Shown here one piece after another: positions 37,766 through 47,439 of a stretch of DNA of 64,000 bases. The stretch is taken from IMG/VR virus record IMGVR_UViG_3300009506_000023, positions 1,597 to 65,596 of that record; one strand, 5' to 3'. A model generated the notes under the pieces. The model saw nothing but the letters and a program-made list of their open reading frames with translations. It ran no database searches and was not told the DNA's origin. This DNA is from a virus. Position 1 is the stretch's first letter. Each line of letters starts with the position of its first letter. The position numbers were made by a program, and so were the translations under genes.

Positions 37766-38776
37766 TTATTCTTCATCTCCTCTCAACCTCCTTTTCTCCA
37801 TTTCTTCTTCATAGAGTAAGGCTAAAACAAAATAGACTGCCCCATCACGAAGAGTATCTTTAATATTTTCTGAGGTCAGGCTCTCTCCTGCCTCATAATG
37901 GTTATAAGTCCTTACAAGCTTTCTGTAGATATCATGCATAAGACCTTCTTTGCCTCTTGGAGCAAATTGTATGCCGTATCTGTTAGTAGCATCTATCTTT
38001 ATCTCAAGTATCTCTTTGAGATGTTTGTTTATAGCATGTTTAGCTATGTTCTTTAATTCGTTATTAAAATGATTATTATGATCAGTTTTGTAGTTCGTAG
38101 TATCGAACCATTTATCATTAATATCTTTGAGAAGTTTTTCACTCTTTTCGTCTTTTTGTTCCTTTTTATTAAGAGGAAACTTACCAACATATTTTATGTA
38201 ATGATCATAGTCTTTTAAGAGAAGAAACTCTATCATCTTACAGTACTTTTCTCCTCTATCATCTTTACAAGATTGCGGGAAGTATTTTCTTGGATTATTC
38301 TGCCAGAAAATTGCTTCTATGCCATAATCGAGTTTATGCTTTGTAAGATACTCCCCACAGAAGAATTTAAACGAATCCTCAACAAAGTAGTTCCTGTGAG
38401 TAGGGTCTTGCCAAGCAAGGATACAGTCTTTATGAGGAACATGTATCCACATCTTCCCCGTATCCTCATAATCTGATTTATCATCTGTCCACTTCAATAC
38501 TCTCCAACACTCATTCATCAAGAATATCAGCTGTCTACCAGTTATATGCTCAAGAGTATGAGAGGTATAGATTGTATCGACAGACATGTCTGGGAAGGGT
38601 AGAGGGGTTACTGTAAAATCCATACATATATCTGGGTTTACAGCTTTAGAAATATCAATGCCTTTATACCAAGGTTGATACTTATTTCTGCCACAACCCA
38701 AGTCTAATGCTATTGGCTCCTCGAAAATCTGAAGACCTTTATGGGTCATTATTTTATATTTCTTTTTCTCAGTCAT
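37766..38776 (-). CDS. Class I SAM-dependent methyltransferase
   Basis: ALDLGCGRNKY matches motif I. YTSHTLEH follows the post-motif II pattern. Confidence 0.5.
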   Translation of the reverse strand: MTEKKKYKIMTHKGLQIFEEPIALDLGCGRNKYQPWYKGIDISKAVNPDICMDFTVTPLPFPDMSVDTIYTSHTLEHITGRQLIFLMNECWRVLKWTDDKSDYEDTGKMWIHVPHKDCILAWQDPTHRNYFVEDSFKFFCGEYLTKHKLDYGIEAIFWQNNPRKYFPQSCKDDRGEKYCKMIEFLLLKDYDHYIKYVGKFPLNKKEQKDEKSEKLLKDINDKWFDTTNYKTDHNNHFNNELKNIAKHAINKHLKEILEIKIDATNRYGIQFAPRGKEGLMHDIYRKLVRTYNHYEAGESLTSENIKDTLRDGAVYFVLALLYEEEMEKRRLRGDEE

Positions 38777-38784
38777 AACACCTC

Positions 38785-39588
38785 CTATTTAGATTGTTCT
38801 GGTTGAGGTGAATATCCTTTCTCCATAAGAGTACACCAATCTTCAAATACTTGTGACTGTTTAATATTATCTACTGGCTTAAGGTGGTCATACTTATTCT
38901 TTAATGGGCAACCAGCAAATCTTGGGAAGAGACATGTTTCCTTTACTAAACAGTTAGGAAGTAAAACTCTTTCAGCCCAATGGTGGACTTTTTGTACGAG
39001 TTTCTTCATCTCTAATGCTGCCTTTTGGAATTCACCTTGGGCTCTAACACATAATCTTGAGCACATTAGTTCGGATAGTGATCTAAGATTACAGCCAACG
39101 AGTATGTTAGTACATATATTAGTTGGAAGAACCCCTCTGGCGTCTTGGATTGATGCCCCCTTCCCAAGAAGTAGATTGTAAAATTCTTGAATATCACCCA
39201 TACAGTTGGTATACAAGGCACTTTGATACTCATCATTCTGTATGCCGTCTGGTATATAATAGGCAAACCCAGTAGCTGGGAATACTCTCATACTTTGTTG
39301 GGCAAAAGAGAACCCTACTCTATGCCTAACAAGCTGATGGGTAAATGCCCTTGTAACATCTTGTAGAAGAAAAGTGTAGTTAACAAACTCCCAAGATGAG
39401 GAGATGGTATTGAATACATACTCTAACTCCTCACCTTTTTGCCTTTCAGTCATATCCAGTATTTCTTCAAACCTTCTTGGGCTTGAGAGATGCCTTGTAT
39501 TTTTGCTGAGTATGAGTATCTCTCTAGCGTTTTTTGTATAGTCAATCAGAGTTACTCTCAATTTCACCTCCTTACATACAAGCAGCAA
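38785..39588 (-). CDS. thyX: Flavin-dependent thymidylate synthase (ThyX family)
   Basis: THQLVRHRVGFSFAQQSMRV matches the ThyX RHR-x7-S signature. Confidence 0.65.
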   Translation of the reverse strand: MLLVCKEVKLRVTLIDYTKNAREILILSKNTRHLSSPRRFEEILDMTERQKGEELEYVFNTISSSWEFVNYTFLLQDVTRAFTHQLVRHRVGFSFAQQSMRVFPATGFAYYIPDGIQNDEYQSALYTNCMGDIQEFYNLLLGKGASIQDARGVLPTNICTNILVGCNLRSLSELMCSRLCVRAQGEFQKAALEMKKLVQKVHHWAERVLLPNCLVKETCLFPRFAGCPLKNKYDHLKPVDNIKQSQVFEDWCTLMEKGYSPQPEQSK

Positions 39589-40468
39589 GAGGAAGTTCTT
39601 TCACCTCTCTTGTGCTCATTCGGTTTGCTATCTGAATAACTTTGTTGTCGTCATGCTCAAGCATGGTTTTCAATGCGATAACGTCGTCTGTTGGAGGGCA
39701 TTTATATCTTCTATCTGTATAGACACAGAAGTTGGTTATCTTTTTACCCTCTATTTTAGACACTCCTCCACCTTTCTTAGCAAGGTAAAGGCCATTCCTG
39801 CCTCGGACATAAATCTGTCCAGTTTCTTTGTACTTCTCTAGCTCCTCTTCACCTATGAATGACGATAGCAGAATAAGGGCTTTGTCTTCAGCAGCATTTC
39901 TTGCTCTTTCCCTCTCGACATATAGCCTTCTGTTTTCTACTCTCTCTTCCTCTCTACACAGCTCTCTCCACTCTTGATCTATCTTGAGTTGCATTACCTG
40001 AGCATGAGTAAGATCAGCTTTTCTAATCCAGACATTATCAACATAATACAACTGGTCTCTCTCAGCAGCTCTGTCATAGAAGTATTCTCTTGTATCATAA
40101 GTTATCCAAGTAGATGCTGATGAAGTCGGTGACCAATTACCAGAAGTTGTATATGTTGCTGTTACAGTTGAATCAGTTGCTGTTGAAGTTGTATAATATC
40201 TATAGTGAGGAACATAGGTTGTAGTAGTGCTGGAAGTATCTGCTGTCCAAGATACCACTTCTTGCTCCTTTTCATGTATCATGTGTTTTATATGTTTTTT
40301 CTTATACTCAAGGATTGGGTCAAGCATTTGAGGATTTTCGGATATTTGATGCAAATCTACATCAAAGCTGTATCGCAGCCGTTCTCCAGAAACAATGCCG
40401 TCATATACATACCTTCTGGACATTGAATCTGGAGAATCGACTACTCTGAAATTTATAACTCTTTCCAT
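39572..40468 (-). CDS. Hypothetical protein (Thr/Ser-rich middle, charged coiled C-terminus)
   Basis: 298-aa ORF. No recognised motif. Confidence 0.4.
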   Translation of the reverse strand: MERVINFRVVDSPDSMSRRYVYDGIVSGERLRYSFDVDLHQISENPQMLDPILEYKKKHIKHMIHEKEQEVVSWTADTSSTTTTYVPHYRYYTTSTATDSTVTATYTTSGNWSPTSSASTWITYDTREYFYDRAAERDQLYYVDNVWIRKADLTHAQVMQLKIDQEWRELCREEERVENRRLYVERERARNAAEDKALILLSSFIGEEELEKYKETGQIYVRGRNGLYLAKKGGGVSKIEGKKITNFCVYTDRRYKCPPTDDVIALKTMLEHDDNKVIQIANRMSTREVKELPLAACM

Positions 40469-40737
40469 TACCCACCAGCAAGTCTTGGTACAAAAAGAAG
40501 TCTGGCTGCGTGCTCAGGGAATCTGGTTATCTTTCTACCTGCCTTATTCCCTTTATCGTCCATGCGGAAGCATGTATAGCCCTTCTTAATATAGCTATCA
40601 AACTGCTTTCGAGCATCCTCAATTTGCTTATCGCTATCTGGATCCCAGAAGATTTTATCATCACCCTTTGAGCATAGTACTTCCATAACTCCTAATTTCA
40701 TCTGGCACCTCCTAGAAAATTTCAGCTTGTACATCAA
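40468..40737 (-). CDS. Hypothetical protein
   Basis: 89-aa ORF. Confidence 0.35.
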   Translation of the reverse strand: MMYKLKFSRRCQMKLGVMEVLCSKGDDKIFWDPDSDKQIEDARKQFDSYIKKGYTCFRMDDKGNKAGRKITRFPEHAARLLFVPRLAGG

Positions 40738-40930
40738 TCGTCAGAAGGTCTGCTTTAGCCAACTCTTTGATATTTTTCAGCACTGCTCTAAGTATAGCAG
40801 TTCTCTGATTTCTGGCAGAGACTGGTATTGGGCCAAGAATCTCTTTGTCTTTCTTCTCCTTGCTATACCATGTGAATATCACCTGCCATACAACTTCTTT
40901 TCCATCGTTGTCAGTTTTGTCTTTTCCCAT
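40712..40930 (-). CDS. Hypothetical protein
   Basis: 72-aa ORF. Confidence 0.35.
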   Translation of the reverse strand: MGKDKTDNDGKEVVWQVIFTWYSKEKKDKEILGPIPVSARNQRTAILRAVLKNIKELAKADLLTIDVQAEIF

Positions 40931-40942
40931 ATTATTTCTCCT

Positions 40943-41596
40943 TTACATGCTTGCCCTTTTACCATATCCGACTATTTTATCTTTTATAAAGAACCAAGAT
41001 GGTGATGTATCACCTTTAGCTTCTACAGCAGAAGGGTCTGTTAAATAAATAGGTGAAAATTTATGATTAGAAGTGTACTGTTCAACTACAGTTCTCACAG
41101 CACACTTCTTCCCACGGTTAGCGAAGTCATGCCCACTGACAATCCCGTTACGTTTAACCTTTCTTGTCCATAAAATAATATCCAGCATGAAGAAATCATA
41201 CATATGATTACCATCAATGTATACAAAATCCAGAGAGTTATCCTTCACTCTATCAAAGACAAACTCGCTGAAACCTATAAGCCATGTAGCATCATGGTGC
41301 ATCACAGCTTTAATTGCTTTCTCCATATTCTTTGAATGTAACTGGCTACCCCACCTTATTGTGCTAAATGGGTGATCCTTGTATGGATCAACGAGAAATA
41401 GCTTAAGGTCTGGTATTGTCTTAAACATATGAACAGCATTACTGCCTTTTAGGACACCGACTTCACATCCCTTCCTAAAATTAAGGGATGAGAAGAATTT
41501 ATATAAACCAATTCTGCTCATCCCTTCTACTGTTACAATGCCAACACGATTTAATCTTAAATCGTATTTTTCATCAAGAACCTTCTTTGGATTCAT
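40943..41596 (-). CDS. Class I SAM-dependent methyltransferase (TylF/MycF-like O-MT fold)
   Basis: VGVLKGSNAVHM resembles a glycine-loop region. LDFVYIDGNHMYDFFMLD is typical of that MT family. Confidence 0.5.
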   Translation of the reverse strand: MNPKKVLDEKYDLRLNRVGIVTVEGMSRIGLYKFFSSLNFRKGCEVGVLKGSNAVHMFKTIPDLKLFLVDPYKDHPFSTIRWGSQLHSKNMEKAIKAVMHHDATWLIGFSEFVFDRVKDNSLDFVYIDGNHMYDFFMLDIILWTRKVKRNGIVSGHDFANRGKKCAVRTVVEQYTSNHKFSPIYLTDPSAVEAKGDTSPSWFFIKDKIVGYGKRASM

Positions 41597-42963
41597 TTAT
41601 CCTCCCGAACCCGTTGAAATATTGGTAATCTTAAACTTCCGTCATTAGTCTCAGAGTCTGCGTGTACCTCAATAACTGAAGGCAAATCCTCAACGTAAGC
41701 TTTCCGCTGGTCATCGGACATTTTACCTGATACTCTCACCTTCTTTCCTTTATACTCGCATATAAAGGCACCGAGCATCTCTTCCATCCTTGTTCCTTTT
41801 CTGCCATACTCAAATCCAATAACAGGCAAATCAACCTCTATACCCATACCTTTCAGATATAGAGCTTTAATCCTAAACCAGTGGTCAGACCTTTCCATCT
41901 CGTGCCGATGGTCTTTTGTCTTAAGAATAATGCCTTCATTCCCGTCAGCAATTACACCTTTAGTCAAGATTCTTGCGGCATCAGCAGGGTCTGTAGTCTT
42001 GCCTACACCAACAAGATAATCCCAAAAGTCCATATGCTTCAGCCTAAAAACTTTATCGCTAGACTTAGACGCTAATTTTAAGAAATCATATTTCTCACCA
42101 GATGTTGTGTGTAAGTACCCTAACATATTGTATCTCTCTATGTATGGTAGGTCACATATAACATCCCAAACAAGAAACCGATAAATCTCAGGGTCAATAT
42201 TGTAGATTCTTCTGGCATGTTTCTGCATTGACTGGAAGTCACCATCTTTTGAGACACACTCACCATCAAATACCATAGGGTAGTCTACACCAAAACCAAA
42301 GTGGATTGTTTTAGCGAGCCTCACCAGCTCCTTATCAAATACTTTAAAGTTCTCATACGGCTTGCCATTTGTTGATAGATATTCTACCTCACCATTTCTC
42401 TGTACAGTAGCATAAGATATTCTGAACCCATCAACTTTTATAGCATAGCCAATATTGTCCAAGGTCTTTGCTAATTTGAGAAATTTTTGCCATTGCCTGT
42501 CTGGAAACGGGTTGTCACCCTTTGGCTTCATAACTTCGTAGAGAGGAAGTTCATCCTCACTAATAAAGTTCTGGGCAGTTTTTATGTTTACACCGCACCT
42601 TAAGTCTTTCTTTAAGATTTTAAGCACAACATCCCGTGTTTTATCTGAATACGAACACAAATTGGCAAGAAATTGTTTCTCTGAATCAGTAGCCCCCCTC
42701 TTATTTGACATAAGCATAAGAAAGTGGAATATTGCCCCTGGTTCTTGGAAGTCAACTCGTCTGGTTTGTTTTATGTCAAGAGTTGCTTTGGGAAGTTTGT
42801 TAATGTTGTAGTGCATGTGCGGGTGTAAAGCATAGATAACTGTATTCTTTAGCCAAGGTGTCTCTTTTAGAAGAATGCCCAGCTTTTCCAGCTTCTCATT
42901 CCTCGAAGAGATTTTTGCCAGCTCTGACAATGCGTCAGATACTCCATTCAAATTATCAATCAC
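41593..42963 (-). CDS. ATP-dependent DNA ligase
   Basis: AIKVDGFRI matches motif I K-x-DG-x-R. EGIILK matches motif IV. C-terminal LRLPIFQRVREDK is ligase-like. Confidence 0.7.
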   Translation of the reverse strand: MIDNLNGVSDALSELAKISSRNEKLEKLGILLKETPWLKNTVIYALHPHMHYNINKLPKATLDIKQTRRVDFQEPGAIFHFLMLMSNKRGATDSEKQFLANLCSYSDKTRDVVLKILKKDLRCGVNIKTAQNFISEDELPLYEVMKPKGDNPFPDRQWQKFLKLAKTLDNIGYAIKVDGFRISYATVQRNGEVEYLSTNGKPYENFKVFDKELVRLAKTIHFGFGVDYPMVFDGECVSKDGDFQSMQKHARRIYNIDPEIYRFLVWDVICDLPYIERYNMLGYLHTTSGEKYDFLKLASKSSDKVFRLKHMDFWDYLVGVGKTTDPADAARILTKGVIADGNEGIILKTKDHRHEMERSDHWFRIKALYLKGMGIEVDLPVIGFEYGRKGTRMEEMLGAFICEYKGKKVRVSGKMSDDQRKAYVEDLPSVIEVHADSETNDGSLRLPIFQRVREDK

Positions 42964-42976
42964 TCATATCACCTCC

Positions 42977-43174
42977 TTATTCAACGAATATGTGAACATC
43001 ATCAAAATTTCCTTTGTATATATTCATAACAATGTTCTTTACCTCATAGTGCTTATCTCCTATACTTATAAATTCTCCTATTTGTGGTAAGCATGGTAAC
43101 CAAGGCTCACATATTAAATCAGACTCCTCTTGACCAGATTTCTTAACCACTCTGTATATTGCTGACCTTATCAC
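42977..43174 (-). CDS. Small hypothetical protein
   Basis: 65-aa ORF. Confidence 0.3.
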   Translation of the reverse strand: MIRSAIYRVVKKSGQEESDLICEPWLPCLPQIGEFISIGDKHYEVKNIVMNIYKGNFDDVHIFVE

Positions 43175-43185
43175 ATATCACCTCC

Positions 43186-43479
43186 TTATCCTAAAGTTGT
43201 ATGGTACCTAATAAATGTAGCAAAATCTACTGCGAATTCAGGTGATTTGCCTTTGCCAAGAGCAAAACCGATAGTTATTGACCGCCAATCTTCATTATTC
43301 TCTGGATCAATTTTATCACATTTATTATGAACTTCATCTTCAAACTGGGTTGTTATTTCCTCTTTTAGAAAACAAGAAGTGCAAAGATACAGCCCATTAT
43401 CTGGGTTCTCAAAGAACTCAAACTTATCTTCTGTAGATAAGCCACATTGGTTACAATACGTCTTTCCCAAATTTATCAC
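43186..43479 (-). CDS. Zinc-ribbon protein (CxxC...CxxC)
   Basis: CNQCGL...CTSCF. Confidence 0.4.
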   Translation of the reverse strand: MINLGKTYCNQCGLSTEDKFEFFENPDNGLYLCTSCFLKEEITTQFEDEVHNKCDKIDPENNEDWRSITIGFALGKGKSPEFAVDFATFIRYHTTLG

Positions 43480-43643
43480 CTACTTATGTGGCCTTGGCAG
43501 GCAGCGTTCAATTTAAAGTGTAGAAACCACTACCTACGGGCTGAGCTTTGCCTGCCAAGTATTATGGTCTTGTGATGGCTGGGTGGTGTGTACACTCCTT
43601 CCTCGGCAGGATTCCACACAACTCGCTCTCTTACAAGATGCCA

Positions 43644-44582
43644 TCAATGATCTATATAGTATGCTTTATGCTTCACCTTTATGAGCATAATAATTTTCTT
43701 AACGTCTTCGACAACCTGATCTATCCTGAGTGACCTCCATGTAGCAAATCTACCCAAGGAGTAAATTCCAAATTCATCAGTCAAGTCCATTAAAATCCGT
43801 CTTCTTAGGTTATCATCAATTGGCTCAATCTTACCAAAATCCTGTTTGGTTATATCAATTGTACCATCAATTATATGATTTCTATTCAAGCCAAACTGCT
43901 CTATAGAATTATACATATCTGTCGCACCAAACATAGACTCAGCTATTACATCTTCATCCTGTATAGTCATTCTGTACGGTATAGTACTCCTACTATCTGT
44001 AAAGTACAATGTTTGGTGGATATTTGACCTGATGTTCAGTTTTGCTCTTGTTACAAATATTGGTCTATAATCAAATTTTACATGATACTTTAACCCACAC
44101 ATCTTTAATAAGGCTGGCATCGGCACTGTACTTATACAAATATCATAATCGTACTTTGATTCACTTTCGAGAACCAGCTTTTTATCTTTCAGTATGATAT
44201 AAACCTTCTCTTTTATGTAATTGATATCATTTGCTCTTATATTAGAAATCAGATACCTGTCAACGTCACCGAGAGATGATAGTGATCTGTTGCCTAATGA
44301 ACCGTAGGCTTTAAGGCTGTAGAGATTGTTAAGGAGCAGGTTAGGTCTATCATACAGAACGCCTTTATGGAGTATGGCCTTTTGAGCTTTTATCTTTTTA
44401 AGATCACAATTAACATACTCCTTGATAGACCGATCACGGAGCCTCATAACTGCCTTATGGCCATCAGATAGCCCCTTTTTTGGCTTATCATCAAATACTG
44501 CTATATCATTGCCAAATGTTTTAAGCATAGCACCTTCTGCTATGAGACCCGCAATCCCTGCTCCTATAACAGCAACTTTCAT
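43644..44582 (-). CDS. FAD/NAD(P)-binding Rossmann-fold protein (oxidoreductase; UDP-galactopyranose-mutase or amine-oxidase-like?)
   Basis: MKVAVIGAGIAGL is a GxGxxG dinucleotide-binding motif. C-terminal GRFATWRSLRIDQVVED. Confidence 0.45.
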   Translation of the reverse strand: MKVAVIGAGIAGLIAEGAMLKTFGNDIAVFDDKPKKGLSDGHKAVMRLRDRSIKEYVNCDLKKIKAQKAILHKGVLYDRPNLLLNNLYSLKAYGSLGNRSLSSLGDVDRYLISNIRANDINYIKEKVYIILKDKKLVLESESKYDYDICISTVPMPALLKMCGLKYHVKFDYRPIFVTRAKLNIRSNIHQTLYFTDSRSTIPYRMTIQDEDVIAESMFGATDMYNSIEQFGLNRNHIIDGTIDITKQDFGKIEPIDDNLRRRILMDLTDEFGIYSLGRFATWRSLRIDQVVEDVKKIIMLIKVKHKAYYIDH

Positions 44583-45406
44583 TATTTAGCCTCTGGAATA
44601 GTGGCACCCTTTTTATAAAAGAGCCCATTATGTTTGAATACTTGCTCACCGCCCTCAGGCAATTGGGCGTATTTTAAGACACCAGACACCCTCGTCCTGA
44701 CATTATTTGAGGACACATTAGCTTTCTCACAGGCATCTTGTATATCCTTAATCTTCAAACCTTCACCTTTAGCTTTAGACCATAAGCTATCGAAAACAGA
44801 CATGATCTGGTGTGCGTTTGTGCCTTCAGTAAAAGTGAAGTCAGGTCTTGGCCCAATTGGTTTCTTTTTCTTCTTAACCTTTTCATCAGTTTCACCCTTA
44901 CTCGAAGAGGTTTCGTCTTTACTCGAAGAGGCTGACGTGTTTTTAACAGCTGGTTCTGGCTTGGTCTTTGCTGCCTTCTTCATTTCTTTAACCTTTTTGC
45001 CCATATCAGCATCCCACTCTTGAGTTGCTAATGGGAGTTGATCCCAGTCTGCTTGGTCAAGATTATCTAATGTTTCAAACAAAAGATTCTCCAAACCCTT
45101 TAATGAAAGTTTCTCATTTACTTCAATACCCAAAACTCCTGCGTGCTCCTTTAGCACCTCAAAAGTGTTGCCGAGTTTGGTTGCTTCAGCACATGCAACA
45201 TCTTCAAGCTGGTCAATAAAATGCTTGTTGTAAAATTCTGTAACAACAGAAGGGATACCATCCAAGCTGTCTTCTACAGCCTTACGCACTTCCGCAATCA
45301 GGACATCTTTCTTAATCCCAATCACCTTGATTGCTGTCCCACAAGCATCATTAAGGTTCTTTGCCATTTCTTTAAGTTCATTGTAGTCTACATTAGCCAT
45401 TAGCAC
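44582..45406 (-). CDS. Hypothetical protein with a Lys/Ser-rich linker
   Basis: 274-aa ORF. Confidence 0.4.
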   Translation of the reverse strand: MLMANVDYNELKEMAKNLNDACGTAIKVIGIKKDVLIAEVRKAVEDSLDGIPSVVTEFYNKHFIDQLEDVACAEATKLGNTFEVLKEHAGVLGIEVNEKLSLKGLENLLFETLDNLDQADWDQLPLATQEWDADMGKKVKEMKKAAKTKPEPAVKNTSASSSKDETSSSKGETDEKVKKKKKPIGPRPDFTFTEGTNAHQIMSVFDSLWSKAKGEGLKIKDIQDACEKANVSSNNVRTRVSGVLKYAQLPEGGEQVFKHNGLFYKKGATIPEAK

Positions 45407-45451
45407 TCCTCCTTTTCAATGTAAAAAATTTACCATAAAAATCTGGCGTTC

Positions 45452-46009
45452 TTAAAGATACTTTGAGACTAAAAATTTTAAATTGTCGATGTCTATTTTA
45501 AAAAAATCCTCCAACATATGTTTTGGGTAGGATATGCTACCACCTAAGTTCTTAAAATTATTGCCTATTCTCTTCGATCTCATGTGTCTACGAGCCACGA
45601 ATAAAAGGTCTTTGGGGACACCCTCCACAACCATGGTAGCAAAGTCATAGGATACCTCAGACAGTGCTATTATTGCCTGAATAGCCATAGCAGTGCTCTC
45701 TGGGCTGAGCTTTTTGCTTTTAATATTGAAGTCTTCTAAACATGCCTTCTCATGCTTTCTCTTTTTATAAATGTTCTCATTTCGGTAGAGTGTCTTATAT
45801 TTGTTCTCGACTGCAACATACAGGTATGTAGTAAATTCACACTCGACATCATCTCTCTTTTTTAGACACTCCAAATATGTTACCCACCCTTCTGATATCA
45901 AATCATCAAGGTCATAGATAGTGTTTCTTGAGAATTTATATATGAACTGATGGGCTAATTTGACAATGATAGCTTCGCATTTTTTGAATTCTTCAGTCAT
46001 ATTCGCCAC
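45452..46009 (-). CDS. Putative RNA polymerase sigma factor-like protein (T4 gp55-like size)
   Basis: 185 aa. IYDLDDLISEGWVTYLECLKKRD resembles sigma region 2. Tentative. Confidence 0.3.
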   Translation of the reverse strand: MANMTEEFKKCEAIIVKLAHQFIYKFSRNTIYDLDDLISEGWVTYLECLKKRDDVECEFTTYLYVAVENKYKTLYRNENIYKKRKHEKACLEDFNIKSKKLSPESTAMAIQAIIALSEVSYDFATMVVEGVPKDLLFVARRHMRSKRIGNNFKNLGGSISYPKHMLEDFFKIDIDNLKFLVSKYL

Positions 46010-46426
46010 CTATACCAAAATTAGCAGTCCATCTTTAACAGCTTGTTCCTCTGTCAGCCCTTGCCTCTTTAAAAACTTTTTAATAGTGTCTTCTGTTCCA
46101 CCTTTTCTGTCACTTGCTACACAAGCAATTAGGACATCAGAGTTATCAGCAATATCTGTATTTCTTATGAAACCAGCAGCCTTACCATGCTTATCCCACT
46201 GGGCAGGGAATACTGTTATTGGTACACCGTAAGCATCAGAGAGAATCTCAGCAAATTGGTCACCGCCTTGAGGGCAACCACCGCTTACAATCTCTAAAGT
46301 GAATTCACCCTCAAGCAAGGACTCCTCTGCCTTTTCCCATACCTCAAGGAATGCTTTGCGAATTGCTCCATAGTCATCTTTTTTGTTCCTTCTTCTTGAT
46401 CCAACTATCCCTATTTTCATAGGCAC
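46010..46426 (-). CDS. SLOG / DUF2493-like Rossmann protein (LOG/DprA-like fold)
   Basis: MKIGIVGSRR...VSGGCPQGGDQFAE pattern. Confidence 0.4.
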   Translation of the reverse strand: MPMKIGIVGSRRRNKKDDYGAIRKAFLEVWEKAEESLLEGEFTLEIVSGGCPQGGDQFAEILSDAYGVPITVFPAQWDKHGKAAGFIRNTDIADNSDVLIACVASDRKGGTEDTIKKFLKRQGLTEEQAVKDGLLILV

Positions 46427-46435
46427 CTCCTAAAT

Positions 46436-46461
46436 ACATGCACCCTAAAGGGTGCATGTGT
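46436..46461. terminator. Perfect palindromic hairpin acatgcaccc-taaa-gggtgcatgt between two - strand genes
   Basis: Read directly from the sequence. 11-bp stem with no strong U-run. Confidence 0.3.
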
Positions 46462-46473
46462 TTAAAATCAATA

Positions 46474-46689
46474 TCATTGGACTTTTACCTCCTCTTCTTC
46501 ACTCTTTCCCTTACCATTAAGTATGACCTCAAAGTCTGGGTCGTGTGTTGCATGGTATGTTACTTCGATTAACATACCTAATGACCGTGTCAATTCTATG
46601 AATTTGTTTAGTATAACAATGACCGCTTTGAGTATTATCAAAGTTATCATTCCAGACACTCCAAAAAAGATCATAGTCTCTGTTGACAT
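46474..46689 (-). CDS. Small membrane protein (71 aa)
   Basis: Hydrophobic MIFFGVSGMITLIILKAVIVIL with an acidic C-terminus. Preceded by the operator-like palindromes. Confidence 0.4.
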   Translation of the reverse strand: MSTETMIFFGVSGMITLIILKAVIVILNKFIELTRSLGMLIEVTYHATHDPDFEVILNGKGKSEEEEVKVQ

Positions 46690-46714
46690 TTCAGTTTCCT
46701 TTCAGTTTAGTGTT

Positions 46715-46864
46715 ATGAATTCACGCTAAAATCTATGAGATTTATGAATTCACTGGTTTATAGTTCGTTATATCTCGTTCGGATTGCAAAGCAATCCTCT
46801 CTCGACATAACTCCTATAATTTGCATTCAAAGAAGTATGCATTGCACACAACAAGTGAATTCAC
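46715..46864. promoter_or_regulatory. Operator-like sites: three copies of a GTGAATTCAC-type palindrome at 46715-46724, 46744-46753 and 46855-46864, plus the ggattgc-aaa-gcaatcc palindrome at 46781-46797
   Basis: Site 46855-46864 is a perfect 10-bp palindrome. The other two read ATGAATTCAC (9/10). Two copies lie 20-55 nt upstream of the start codon of gene 46474..46689 on the - strand. Confidence 0.45.
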
Positions 46865-46896
46865 TCGAACCCCCCGAAGTCTGGTCAAGGTCTGGT

Positions 46897-47301
46897 TTAG
46901 ACATCCAACTTCCTGAGTAACCGTTGCATGTCCTCAGCCTTCCCTTTCCTCAAATGTACCCTTCCATACTCCTGTGTATCTAACACTTTCAGACTGTTAA
47001 TTTTCTCTTTAGTCAAGTATGAAAGCAAATCCTTTTGAACAACAGAGACCACAGACATAAAGACACTTATCTTTTTGTCTAACGCATTGTACACTCTTCT
47101 CGGATTGATCCAAGCAGTTGAGTGTTTTGTCACAACGGCATAACCAGAGTTACCTTTAATGCCCCTAATGCCTGTCTCTCTGGCATGCCTTTTGATCTCG
47201 TCTTTGAGAAGATTTAGGCGATTACTTTTTGCCCTGACTTCTTCGTTGAGTCGGCATGCCTCGTCAACTATGCTTTTGATTCCTCTGACTCCTGGCGACA
47301 T
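46897..47301 (-). CDS. Hypothetical protein
   Basis: 134-aa ORF with RBS GGAGGTGATTAG. Confidence 0.4.
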   Translation of the reverse strand: MSPGVRGIKSIVDEACRLNEEVRAKSNRLNLLKDEIKRHARETGIRGIKGNSGYAVVTKHSTAWINPRRVYNALDKKISVFMSVVSVVQKDLLSYLTKEKINSLKVLDTQEYGRVHLRKGKAEDMQRLLRKLDV

Positions 47302-47439
47302 CTAATCACCTCCTTTTGTTAAGTGCTTGGGGCAAGTCTAATCCTGTAGCCAATCTTTTATGCGGCATTGGTCAACCATTTTTGTATTGTTTCCATTAGA
47401 CACGCACTCCAATACTCGTAATTGCCCCAAGCACACTCA

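Noticed and set aside
46735-46920. + strand 61-aa ORF over the operator region
   Set aside because: It lies in a regulatory intergenic region on the non-gene strand with no RBS.
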